Assembly (NCBI GenBank): GCA_963809565.1
Contig: CAWEKE010000001.1
Span: 239,452 to 303,451, forward strand
Direction of reading: 5' to 3'
Length of the DNA: 64,000 nt
Source of the DNA: an uncultured Gammaproteobacteria bacterium
GTDB lineage: Bacteria; Pseudomonadota; Gammaproteobacteria; Steroidobacterales; XN24
Below the pieces are notes generated by a model that was given only the letters and a program-made list of their open reading frames with translations, was not told the DNA's origin and made no database searches. The position numbers were made by a program, and so were the translations under genes. Shown here piece after piece: positions 34,829 through 42,985 of the stretch. Positions within the stretch are counted from its first letter, which is position 1, and every line of letters begins with the position of its first letter.

Positions 34829-34866
34829 CAATGTTTTTTAGTCAGGAACCCCGGGAGACTTCGTCG

Positions 34867-35568
34867 ATGACCAATCACCTCAGCGATCTGGAAAAGGCGT
34901 TCCATGACGCCCGTGCCCAGTTTTCCAAATCCGCCAGTCAGACCTACAAACGACTTAATCGTGAGCTGCAGGCCCTGATCAAGCGCGGCAACCGCTCCGC
35001 GGCAAGGGTGAAGTCACTGCGGCAGCGCTTGCAGGCCCAGGCCGAGCGGGCCGCGCGTACCGGCACCAAGGCAGCGCAGCAGCAGATGAAGAAGCTGGAC
35101 AAGATGCTCGCGGATGCTCGCGACGAGCTGCGCATCACTGAAGAAGACAAGCGCCGGGTACGCCAGCTGGCAACCGATGCCCGGGCGTATTTCATCAAGG
35201 CCACGCATACCGAAAAGGCGTTTGCCGCCCTCGAGAAGGAGTGGGCGAAGGCTTTCGGCGAAACGAAAAAGCCGGCGCGCAAGAAGAAAGCCGCCAAGAA
35301 GAAGGCTGCGAAGAAGAAAGTGGCAAAGAAGAAGGGCGTCGCGAAGAAGCGTACCGGCGGCAAGAAGAAGACCGCTGCCCGGAAGAAGGCGACAGCGAAA
35401 AAACGGCCGGCCGCGAGGAAGAAACCGGCAGGCAAGAAGAAGGCTGCGAAGAAGAAAGCGACGACCAAGCGGCGTCCGGCGCGGAAGAAGACCGCCGCCA
35501 AAAAGCGCCCCGTCAGTCGCAAGAAGGCGAGCAGCAAGAAGCGCGTGTCGAAAAAGCGCAGCGCCTGA
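34867..35568 (+). CDS. histone H1-like / AlgP-type lysine-alanine-rich nucleoid-associated protein
   Basis: GGGAG lies 9 nt upstream of the ATG. The N-terminal ~130 aa look like a helical or coiled-coil domain. The C-terminal 100 aa consist of KKAAKKK / ARKK repeats. Confidence 0.8.
   Translation: MTNHLSDLEKAFHDARAQFSKSASQTYKRLNRELQALIKRGNRSAARVKSLRQRLQAQAERAARTGTKAAQQQMKKLDKMLADARDELRITEEDKRRVRQLATDARAYFIKATHTEKAFAALEKEWAKAFGETKKPARKKKAAKKKAAKKKVAKKKGVAKKRTGGKKKTAARKKATAKKRPAARKKPAGKKKAAKKKATTKRRPARKKTAAKKRPVSRKKASSKKRVSKKRSA
35266..35565 (+). repeat. AAG/GCN-rich degenerate tandem coding repeats (KKAA-type tail)
   Basis: Repeated aagaagaaagc(c/g)gc(c/g)aagaagaag units are visible in the DNA and create spurious ORFs in all other frames. 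Confidence 0.8.
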
Positions 35569-35587
35569 ATCACAAGCCGCGTCAACG

Positions 35588-35617
35588 AAAACGCCGCCCT
35601 CCGGGCGGCGTTTTTTT
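35588..35617. terminator. rho-independent terminator, probably bidirectional, between convergent genes
   Basis: AAAA-CGCCGCCC-tcc-GGGCGGCG-TTTTTTT. An 8-bp GC stem flanked by an A-run and a T-run. Confidence 0.75.
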
Positions 35618-35660
35618 GAGTCAGACTCGCCACCGGGAAGGCATGTCGTTCAGCGGCGGG

Positions 35661-37880
35661 TCAGAATGGCCGCCCGAGAATCAGGTACGCAGAAGAATGG
35701 CCGCCCTCGGCAGTGCCTGCACCAAGATACAGAGGACCGATGAACGAATCCACGCCGAGGAACAGACTGCCCGCGCCTCGCATGTTGGCCAGATTCAGAT
35801 TATTGGTGGCGTCCCCGTATTCGAGTGATCCGCCGACAAACACTGGCAATAGCGCCGAATCGTTGATCCGCCGGTAATAGATGATTTCCGCCAGCGCGAA
35901 TGCTTCACCGGAAAGCGCGTTGTTCTCGAAACCGGACAGGTTCAGGAACCCGCCGCCGCGGTACAGCGCATAGATCGGCGGATCCCCCCTGACGGTTTGC
36001 TCGAAACGAAGCTGAGGCAGGAGCGTGTTGCGGCCCCAGGTAAACGCACGTCTGAATTCCGCCCGTACCTGATCAAAACCCGAATCCTCGCCGAGTTCGG
36101 ACCGATGCACCGTGTAACGCACTACTCCGCTGTAGCCCCGGGTGGGGAAATTCACGTTGTTCAGACGATCGACGCTGAACTGGAGAAACACAGAGCCGGA
36201 GTTGAAGTCCTGGGTCGGCAGTGTTGCGGGATCGCCGACCCGTCGGCTGGCATTGACCCAGCGACGCGTGTAGCCGACCCTGACCTCGCCATAGGTGGAT
36301 AGTTCGCGTCCTCCCGCAAGTTCCAGCTGCCAGTTAGTCAGCCGGTATTCGCCGATCTTGTCGTCGGCATTGTCATCAAAGATATTGATGCTGCTCTTGC
36401 CGAAAGATACGGAAGGATTGATGAAGTAACGCAGGTCCCGGTCCAGCGGCTGGTACCACTCCGTCCCGAGGCCGGGGTCCTGACCGATCCCGCCAAAACT
36501 GCGCCACTCCGCACCGAGTCGGTTGAGGCCGGTCCTCAGATATGCCACTCGCAGGTTGTACTGGTTGTCGCCCTCGAAATCGTCTTCCAGCTGCAGGCCG
36601 AATTGCAGGTAGTCCGGGCCCCAGGGCTTGGCGCTGCCTTCCACCACCACACCGCTGCGACCGTCCTCCTGGACAATTTCGTAAGAGACTTTTTCGAATA
36701 CGTCGAGGCCATAGATGCGACCAACATCCCGATCCAGCTTGTCAGCGTCCAGGGGCTCGCCGATACGCTGCCGGATCATGCCCGAGAGCAGCCCCGGATC
36801 CAGCCCGGCGTTATTCTCCACCCGGATGAACTCCACGACCGGCACCCCCGCCGGTCGGCTGGCCCGCCGCGCCAGCCACTGCTGATATTCGTCCTCCGGC
36901 ACCGACAGGGCACTGAGCTGCTCACGCAGCCTTGAGGCCGCCTCGTAACCAGCCGGCACCGCTTCGATGGCGCGGTCGAAGTCGGTGGAGCCGATATCAC
37001 CCAGGTCCGGGATGATCTGGATATCCCGCTCGTCCAGCGTCGCCAGCTGGGCCTCGGTATTTCCGCGGGTCATGATGTTGATCAGCTGGTCAGTGATGCT
37101 GATCAGCGAATCGACCTCCTGAGGATCACGCAATGGCGTGCTGATATCGACGACGATCAGGATTTCGGCACCCATGTCTCGCGCCACGTTGACCGGCAGG
37201 TTGTTGGTGACACCACCATCGACCAGCAGGCGGCCATCCAGCTTGAGCGGAGCGATGGCCCCGGGAACCGACATACTCGCGCGCATCGCGTCCGCCAGGT
37301 TGCCGTTGCCGATGACGTAGGTGGTGCCCGCACCGATGTCAGTGGTCACCGCGCGGAAGGGGATGGGCAGGCGATCAAAATCCGATACTCCGGATACCGG
37401 CAGGGTCAGGTCGCGCAACAACAATCCTATCTTCTGTCCCTGGATCAATCCGGCCGGCAGCTCCAGTTCGGCTCCGCGCAGATCGACTCCGGGCTTCGCC
37501 TTGACCGGCAGCAAGCGATCATCGCCCTTACGTCTGAAGCTCCGATCCTTACGCTCCTCACGATCGTCCAGGACTGCTTCCCAATCTATCGCCTGCAGCG
37601 CGGCCAGGATTTCTGCGGGACTCATGCCTGACGCGTAAAGCCCGCCGGCGGTCGCCCCCATACTGGTCCCGGCGATGTAATCAATCGGCACCCGCATTTC
37701 CTCCAGGACCTGCAACACGCCCACATGCGCGCCGCCGCGGGCGCCGCCGCCGCTGAGTACCAGACCTACTGTAGGTCGCGCCGGCTGTTCTGCGCTGTCT
37801 GGCGTGTCGGCGCCAGCTGGTGGGGCCAGAACAAGACTGAACATCAGGATTGCCCGGATATGAGTTCGCAGGAACATCAC
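35661..37880 (-). CDS. patatin-like phospholipase with POTRA/Omp85-type C-terminal beta-barrel (PlpD-like, type Vd secretion architecture)
   Basis: Signal peptide. Patatin motifs: LVLSGGGARGGAHVGVL (oxyanion), GTSMGA (GxSxG), DGGVTNNLP (DGG). The C-terminal ~400 aa are beta-strand-rich and end in ..YLILGRPF (terminal aromatic). Confidence 0.9.
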   Translation of the reverse strand: MMFLRTHIRAILMFSLVLAPPAGADTPDSAEQPARPTVGLVLSGGGARGGAHVGVLQVLEEMRVPIDYIAGTSMGATAGGLYASGMSPAEILAALQAIDWEAVLDDREERKDRSFRRKGDDRLLPVKAKPGVDLRGAELELPAGLIQGQKIGLLLRDLTLPVSGVSDFDRLPIPFRAVTTDIGAGTTYVIGNGNLADAMRASMSVPGAIAPLKLDGRLLVDGGVTNNLPVNVARDMGAEILIVVDISTPLRDPQEVDSLISITDQLINIMTRGNTEAQLATLDERDIQIIPDLGDIGSTDFDRAIEAVPAGYEAASRLREQLSALSVPEDEYQQWLARRASRPAGVPVVEFIRVENNAGLDPGLLSGMIRQRIGEPLDADKLDRDVGRIYGLDVFEKVSYEIVQEDGRSGVVVEGSAKPWGPDYLQFGLQLEDDFEGDNQYNLRVAYLRTGLNRLGAEWRSFGGIGQDPGLGTEWYQPLDRDLRYFINPSVSFGKSSINIFDDNADDKIGEYRLTNWQLELAGGRELSTYGEVRVGYTRRWVNASRRVGDPATLPTQDFNSGSVFLQFSVDRLNNVNFPTRGYSGVVRYTVHRSELGEDSGFDQVRAEFRRAFTWGRNTLLPQLRFEQTVRGDPPIYALYRGGGFLNLSGFENNALSGEAFALAEIIYYRRINDSALLPVFVGGSLEYGDATNNLNLANMRGAGSLFLGVDSFIGPLYLGAGTAEGGHSSAYLILGRPF

Positions 37881-38013
37881 AGAGAACCTCGGTGTATGGG
37901 TCGTCGCCAGTGAGGGGACGATGCCGTAGAAAGCGCCGCTTTCGGCTTTCCGCCAGTGTATATGACCGTCGCGGCCGGATATTTGCGTGGATAGATTTTC
38001 GCACTCAGACGGA

Positions 38014-38031
38014 GGAAAATAGCGATTTTCC
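38014..38031. promoter_or_regulatory. inverted repeat GGAAAAT-AGCG-ATTTTCC upstream of 38058 CDS
   Basis: Perfect 7-bp arms lying 27 nt upstream of the ATG in a divergent intergenic region. A related GATTTTCGC lies at about 37993. Confidence 0.25.
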
Positions 38032-38057
38032 GCGACAGATCAGGGCAGGGCCTCGTT

Positions 38058-38969
38058 ATGGAGAGCAACAAACCCACCGTATTCATCCACACCAACCACA
38101 AACAGTGGCTGGGGGCCGTCGTCAGCAAGTACTCATTCGAGCGCAATTCGAAGCACGCCGGCGAGTTCGAGGTGAAGTTCATCCACACCCGGGATTATCC
38201 GTTCATGCACCGCCGTGAAGGCGAGCTGTACCTGCGCGACGGAGACAAGCGCGCGTGGCTCAACGACGATCTGCAGTCGTTCACGCCCTTGCGTTTCATG
38301 CCGCCCGAGCTGATGGGCTATCAGGGCCGGGCGGTGGTCGTGGATCCGGATGTATTCGCGGTCGGCGACGTCTGGGACCTGCTCAACCGGGATATGGGTG
38401 GGGCCGCTATCATGTGCCGGCCCAAATCCGGGTCTAAGGGCAAGCGCGGCTGCATGGCCAGCAGCGTAATGCTGCTGGACTGCGCCAAACTCGGCCATTG
38501 GAAAGTCGAAGAGCAATTCAACGCGATGTTCGATTTTACCCGCGACTATATGGACTGGGTCTGTCTGAAGCTGGAAGACCCCGACCTCATCGGCTTCTTT
38601 GAAGAGTACTGGAACGACTTCGATCACCTGGACCAGAACACGCGCCTGTTGCACAACACCAAGCGCAAGACGCAGCCGTGGAAGACCGGCTTGCCGGTGG
38701 ATTATCGCCAGGCCGATACCTTCCAGTTGTTCCCGCCCAGGCACTGGATCCGCCGCGCCCGGCGCGCGCTGTTCGGCGACTACGGCATGGCTGGCCGTTA
38801 TGCGGCCCACCCGGATCCCGGGCAGGAACGCTTCTTCTTTGGGCTGGTCCGCGAATGCCTGGATAAAGGCGTCATCACCGAGGAATTACTGCGCGAGGAG
38901 ATGAGCAAAAACCATCTCCGCCACGACGCCCTGGAACTGGTCAAGCAGGTCCCGCCGCTGGCAGCATGA
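38058..38969 (+). CDS. putative GT-A fold glycosyltransferase (GT8-like)
   Basis: The overall pattern resembles GT8: N-terminal TVFIHTNHKQWLGAVVSKYSFERNS, RFMPPELMGYQGRAVVVDPDVFAVGDVWDLL (DxD-like DPD), ASSVMLLDCAKL, LLHNTKRKTQPWKTG. Motif-level only. Confidence 0.45.
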   Translation: MESNKPTVFIHTNHKQWLGAVVSKYSFERNSKHAGEFEVKFIHTRDYPFMHRREGELYLRDGDKRAWLNDDLQSFTPLRFMPPELMGYQGRAVVVDPDVFAVGDVWDLLNRDMGGAAIMCRPKSGSKGKRGCMASSVMLLDCAKLGHWKVEEQFNAMFDFTRDYMDWVCLKLEDPDLIGFFEEYWNDFDHLDQNTRLLHNTKRKTQPWKTGLPVDYRQADTFQLFPPRHWIRRARRALFGDYGMAGRYAAHPDPGQERFFFGLVRECLDKGVITEELLREEMSKNHLRHDALELVKQVPPLAA

Positions 38970-39009
38970 GCCTGCCTGCAGGCGCAGCAAGCCTGTTTTC
39001 GATCGGCAG

Positions 39010-39963
39010 CTAGCCGGCGACCTGAGTGGTCGCCGGCTGCGGATCGCTCAGCGGCTCCACCGAATAACCGAAAAGCGATGACAGATGCTCGGCCATATAG
39101 GCGTCGATTTCTGCAATCTGCTCATCGGTGTAGTAGTCCCGATAACCGCCGACCTTGGCGCGGCGCACCTTGAATGAATCAGGATTGCTTGCGTCGCCGG
39201 GCTTCATGCGACCACCAGACAGGCGAAACGCCCGCTTTTCTTCCAGTTTCTTCATGTTTTCGTAGGCCGCGTAATCGACTGCAGCCTGGATGTTCTCGTC
39301 GCTGCCCGGTGTGCCGGTGAAGTCCAGAATCCGCTTCAAAGTCTCGGCCGGCCGCGCCTTCATATCTTCGTAGCGCACGATCAGCAGATCCGGCAGTCTC
39401 TCCATGTCCGCGGCCCAGCCGTTGAAGTACTCGACGATCCGCGGCATCCCCTGCTGTTGATGCATCATGAAGTCGTACATGGAAATGTCCGAACCATGCT
39501 CCGGATAATCGTTAAGACGCTTCTTGCGCGGGCGCATGCGGTACTTCCACTGGAAGAACTGCGATACGGTCACATCACGCGGGTCGCGCACCAGCAGCAC
39601 AATTTTTTTCCCGTAGAAGTCGCGTTTGTCCTCGGTATGGCCGGTGTAATCCTTTAGATAGTTGCCGTGGGTAAAAAACACCTTCGGCGCCCCGGGATTG
39701 CGCTTGTGCATATTGTCGAAGCCAATCAGCATGCCCTCCGGCAAGTCGAAGTTGAGCTGGTAAAAGCGCGACAGCATCACGCGCAGCCAGGTACGTCCGC
39801 TCTTGCCCCAGGACACGAGCACCCAGTCCGCCTCGGCGATCTTGTTGGCCTCCCAGCGGCCACGCAGCCAGCGTTCGACCTTGCGCCGCTTTTCGTAGGG
39901 GAGGAAAAATACGAGGCTGAGCACCGCATATCGTGAGAACTTCTTCCAGATCGACTGAAACAT
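39010..39963 (-). CDS. sulfotransferase-domain protein (classical Sulfotransfer_1-like)
   Basis: 5'-PSB loop VLVSWGKSGRTWLRVML and 3'-PB LLVRDPRDVTVSQF. A short N-terminal hydrophobic stretch is present. The C-terminus FKVRRAKVGGYRDYYTDEQIAEIDAYM is shared with 41965-42972. Confidence 0.85.
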   Translation of the reverse strand: MFQSIWKKFSRYAVLSLVFFLPYEKRRKVERWLRGRWEANKIAEADWVLVSWGKSGRTWLRVMLSRFYQLNFDLPEGMLIGFDNMHKRNPGAPKVFFTHGNYLKDYTGHTEDKRDFYGKKIVLLVRDPRDVTVSQFFQWKYRMRPRKKRLNDYPEHGSDISMYDFMMHQQQGMPRIVEYFNGWAADMERLPDLLIVRYEDMKARPAETLKRILDFTGTPGSDENIQAAVDYAAYENMKKLEEKRAFRLSGGRMKPGDASNPDSFKVRRAKVGGYRDYYTDEQIAEIDAYMAEHLSSLFGYSVEPLSDPQPATTQVAG

Positions 39964-40113
39964 GGCTATCCTGACCTTTGCTGTCTGACCGGCATGGGTG
40001 CCGGTTCGCCCGCGGTCCCGGGCCTGAGGGGCCCCCGGATCGCCGGGCGGCAGTGTCGAAAACTGCGTTATTGTCCTCCGTTTGGCCCCTTCAGTAAAAC
40101 TGGCAGGCTAATC

Positions 40114-40800
40114 ATGAACAGCGCGAGCACATCCGCCGCACACGCTCCGGTGGCGACGCAGGAAAACCTGTTAAATATCGACAAGCTGGCTGCTGCCCGG
40201 CTGGAGCGCGATCCCTATGATCACCTGGTGGTGCCCGGTTTCCTCGACCCGGAAGTCGTGGACGCGATCAACCACGACTATCCGCAGATACCCAGCGCCG
40301 GGAACAAGGACTATGAAACCTACCCGCACGGACCGGTCTTCGATGCCTTCATCGAGCAACTGACCAGCCCGCAGATGTACAAAGCCCTGGGCGATAAATT
40401 CGGCGTCGATCTCTCCGACTGCACCACTACCGTCACGGTAAGGACGTTCTCGGAGCTGAGCGACGGCCATATCCATACTGACCACTGGAGCAAGATCATT
40501 ACCGTACTGGTCTACTTCAACGAAGGATGGTCCGGTGACGGAGGGCAGTTGCGCATCCTGCGCTCCAAGGACGATATCGACGATTATGCGGCGCAGATTC
40601 CGCCGCTCGCCGGCGGCCTCACCGCCTTCCGCCGCTGCGATCATTCCTACCACGGCTATGTGCGTTATGCCGGACCAAGACGCATGGTGCAGATGAGCTG
40701 GATCCGGCCGTCGAAAGTGGCCAGCGTCTCACAGCGCCTGAGCCGGCTGGCAACCCGGGCGATGAAGCTGATCACGCGGGGCAGCGGCCGCCAGATGTAA
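40114..40800 (+). CDS. 2OG-Fe(II) oxygenase family protein (P4H/Tpa1-like)
   Basis: HIHTDHWSKIITVLVYFNEGWSGDGGQLRIL (HxD and GG.l motifs) and a distal CDHSYHGYV. Start chosen at ATG 40114 (MNSASTS..). Confidence 0.7.
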   Translation: MNSASTSAAHAPVATQENLLNIDKLAAARLERDPYDHLVVPGFLDPEVVDAINHDYPQIPSAGNKDYETYPHGPVFDAFIEQLTSPQMYKALGDKFGVDLSDCTTTVTVRTFSELSDGHIHTDHWSKIITVLVYFNEGWSGDGGQLRILRSKDDIDDYAAQIPPLAGGLTAFRRCDHSYHGYVRYAGPRRMVQMSWIRPSKVASVSQRLSRLATRAMKLITRGSGRQM

Positions 40801-40804
40801 TTGC

Positions 40805-41902
40805 TCAGGCCGCTATCAGCAAACGAATACGCTCGACGATATGCTCCACGTCGGCCTGCGGTGAGGCAGTCGGTTTGATAAACGGCTGACCCGCCCAGAC
40901 CGCCTGCCCGGCCCGCACCAGATGACGCTGGAAGGCCGGGAAGTGCCGGCTCTGGTAGACCAGGCGCGCCCGGTAAAGCCACCGCGCCAGACCCTGGCGC
41001 AACGGCCCCGCGCCATCCTCGCGGGTAGCGAACAGCCAGGCCAGCGCATCGCGACGGGCCAGATCCAGCCTGCCGGTCAACCCGACCGGCAGAGGCAACA
41101 CAGCCGCGGGCCGCCCCAGGCCAATAGCCTCTACCAGCATCGAAATGCTGTCCGCGGTAACCACCAGTCCGTCGGCAAGGCCCAGAATGCCCCTGTATGG
41201 ATTGTCAGTGGCGTCGGGTGACCATCTGAACAGCTGCGCTCCAGCCGGCAATTGCTGCTCAAGCGCCTCACTGAACCAGTCGGGAGTCCGTCGGCTGGTG
41301 CTCAAATAAGCAGTGCCACCCTGTATCCCGGTGACATCGCCGGCCAGGGCCAGGACTCGCTCAAGCACGTCGCGATTGAAGATAAACGGCTTGGTCGGGC
41401 CGCCGAGCAGAAATCCAACCAGCGGTCGGGGCAGCGGCGCAAAGCGCTGACGCCAGTGCTCCAGTTCAGCGGGGTCCTGGGTGACCCTCATCAGCGGTAA
41501 TTCCGTGCGGATGACATTTGCCAGCGGCGGCATCAGGATCTCGCCGCTGACCGCGACCAGATCGAACCGCTCTACCCGCGTCGATGGCTTTCCAAGATAG
41601 ACGATCCGCGTGTTGCCATCGGATTGTTGCTGAATCCACAGGGCCACCGACGAGGGCCGGCGGCCGACGGTCAGGATCAGATCCGGCCACGGTGGCTCGA
41701 GCGGATCCGACTTGTCACGATCAATATGATCGAGTGACGGCCGAACCGGAGGCTTGCCGTACACCCATTCCGGACGCATCTGGACAAACCGGCGCTCCCA
41801 CGGCCACGGCAGACCGGCGGCGACAGCCTCCACCTGACCGTTATCGCCCTTCTTGTCGCCCAGCACCAGCCAGGTTCGCGGCGGCTTGGTGGCACGGTCC
41901 AT
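40805..41902 (-). CDS. ELM1/DUF1022-family protein (predicted GT-B-like, envelope biogenesis associated)
   Basis: N-terminus ..TWLVLGDKKGDNGQVEAVAAGLPWPWERR.. and overall length are typical of bacterial ELM1-family proteins. Assigned from memory. Confidence 0.6.
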   Translation of the reverse strand: MDRATKPPRTWLVLGDKKGDNGQVEAVAAGLPWPWERRFVQMRPEWVYGKPPVRPSLDHIDRDKSDPLEPPWPDLILTVGRRPSSVALWIQQQSDGNTRIVYLGKPSTRVERFDLVAVSGEILMPPLANVIRTELPLMRVTQDPAELEHWRQRFAPLPRPLVGFLLGGPTKPFIFNRDVLERVLALAGDVTGIQGGTAYLSTSRRTPDWFSEALEQQLPAGAQLFRWSPDATDNPYRGILGLADGLVVTADSISMLVEAIGLGRPAAVLPLPVGLTGRLDLARRDALAWLFATREDGAGPLRQGLARWLYRARLVYQSRHFPAFQRHLVRAGQAVWAGQPFIKPTASPQADVEHIVERIRLLIAA

Positions 41903-41964
41903 AAGTCCTCTCCTGCCTCAGCTCTTGCCTGAGCCCCGGCCTGCGCTACGACCGCATTCAGCGC

Positions 41965-42972
41965 CTAGGCCGGGGTCCCCGTCGCCGCAGCACCGGTACC
42001 GGTATCGGTATCGGTATCGGGCGGGTCGACGTATACCGCGGGCGCCACGGGCGTATATCCGAACACCGGCGACAGTCGGTCATCGACCAGTGCTTCCAGT
42101 TCGGCGACCTGCTCCGGTGAAAAATAATCACGGTAACCGCCCACCTTGGCGCGCCGGACTTTGAAGCTCTCTTCGTCCTTCTTGTTGCGCAAAGTCATGC
42201 CGCCCTGGCGGAAGAATCCCTCCACTTCGAGCTTGCGCAGATTCTCAAACGAGCCCCACTGCACCGCGGCCTCGATCTCCTGCTCGCTGAATGTCGCGCC
42301 CATCAGCTCGAGGACCCGGGCAAGAGTCTCAGCGGTGTGCTGCCGCAGGTCCTCGTAGCGAACAATACTCCCTCGCGGCAATGCGTCGATATTCCGGGCC
42401 CAGGTATTCAGATAGTCGATCAGAAACGGCAGACCGATCTCGCTGTGACGGACGAAGTCCCACATTTCGACGGTGCGCCGATCGATAGGCCGGCGCAGGT
42501 TGTGGTTGATCAATTCCTGCTTGCGCGCGGATTGCCGCTTGGTGAATTGCATATACCAGGAGACTGCGATATCCAGCGGGTTGCGTGCCAGCAGCATGAC
42601 GGCCTTGTGCTTGAGCGGATTATCCGCAGCCTCCGGCGCCAGCGCCCGACCCACCGCCCCTTCATAGCTGTAGCACGCATTGGTCGCCGCCATGCGGGGG
42701 ATCTCGGGATTACGCCGGGAATACTCATCGGATTTATTGACCAGTCTCTCCGGCATCCCGTAGCGGACCTGATACAGCCGCGACAACATCGCTTTCAGCC
42801 AGGTATTGCCGCTTTTCGGATGCCCGACGATCAACAGCTCGGACCGATCAGCGATACCCATCTCCAGATCGGCCAGCATTCGCTCACGGGCGCGGATGCG
42901 CAGGCTGCGCGGCAGTGGTCCGGTACTGCCGATGATCAGAATTTTCTTCACCGCATCGCTCAGGATCGGCAT
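41965..42972 (-). CDS. sulfotransferase-domain protein (paralogue of 39010-39963)
   Basis: LLIVGHPKSGNTWLKAML (5'-PSB), LLARNPLDIAVSWY (3'-PB), FKVRRAKVGGYRDYFSPEQVAELEALV. The C-terminal tail DTDTDTGTG is encoded by a hexanucleotide repeat. Confidence 0.85.
   Translation of the reverse strand: MPILSDAVKKILIIGSTGPLPRSLRIRARERMLADLEMGIADRSELLIVGHPKSGNTWLKAMLSRLYQVRYGMPERLVNKSDEYSRRNPEIPRMAATNACYSYEGAVGRALAPEAADNPLKHKAVMLLARNPLDIAVSWYMQFTKRQSARKQELINHNLRRPIDRRTVEMWDFVRHSEIGLPFLIDYLNTWARNIDALPRGSIVRYEDLRQHTAETLARVLELMGATFSEQEIEAAVQWGSFENLRKLEVEGFFRQGGMTLRNKKDEESFKVRRAKVGGYRDYFSPEQVAELEALVDDRLSPVFGYTPVAPAVYVDPPDTDTDTGTGAAATGTPA
41993..42020. repeat. hexanucleotide microsatellite (C/T)CGGTA x ~5 inside the 3' end of the sulfotransferase CDS
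   Basis: The sequence ccggtaccggtatcggtatcggtatcgg is directly visible. It encodes ..DTDTDTGTG.. on the minus strand. Confidence 0.85.
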
Positions 42973-42985
42973 GCCTGGTCTCCCT

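Noticed and set aside
34944-35828. Several overlapping ORFs in other frames or on the other strand of the KKAA-repeat gene (229-aa F/A-rich, 209-aa R-rich, 195-aa E/R-rich)
   Set aside because: They are artefacts of the AAG/GCN tandem repeat, which stays open in all frames. Only the Lys/Ala frame has an SD (GGGAG) and a structured N-terminal domain, and the terminator follows its stop.
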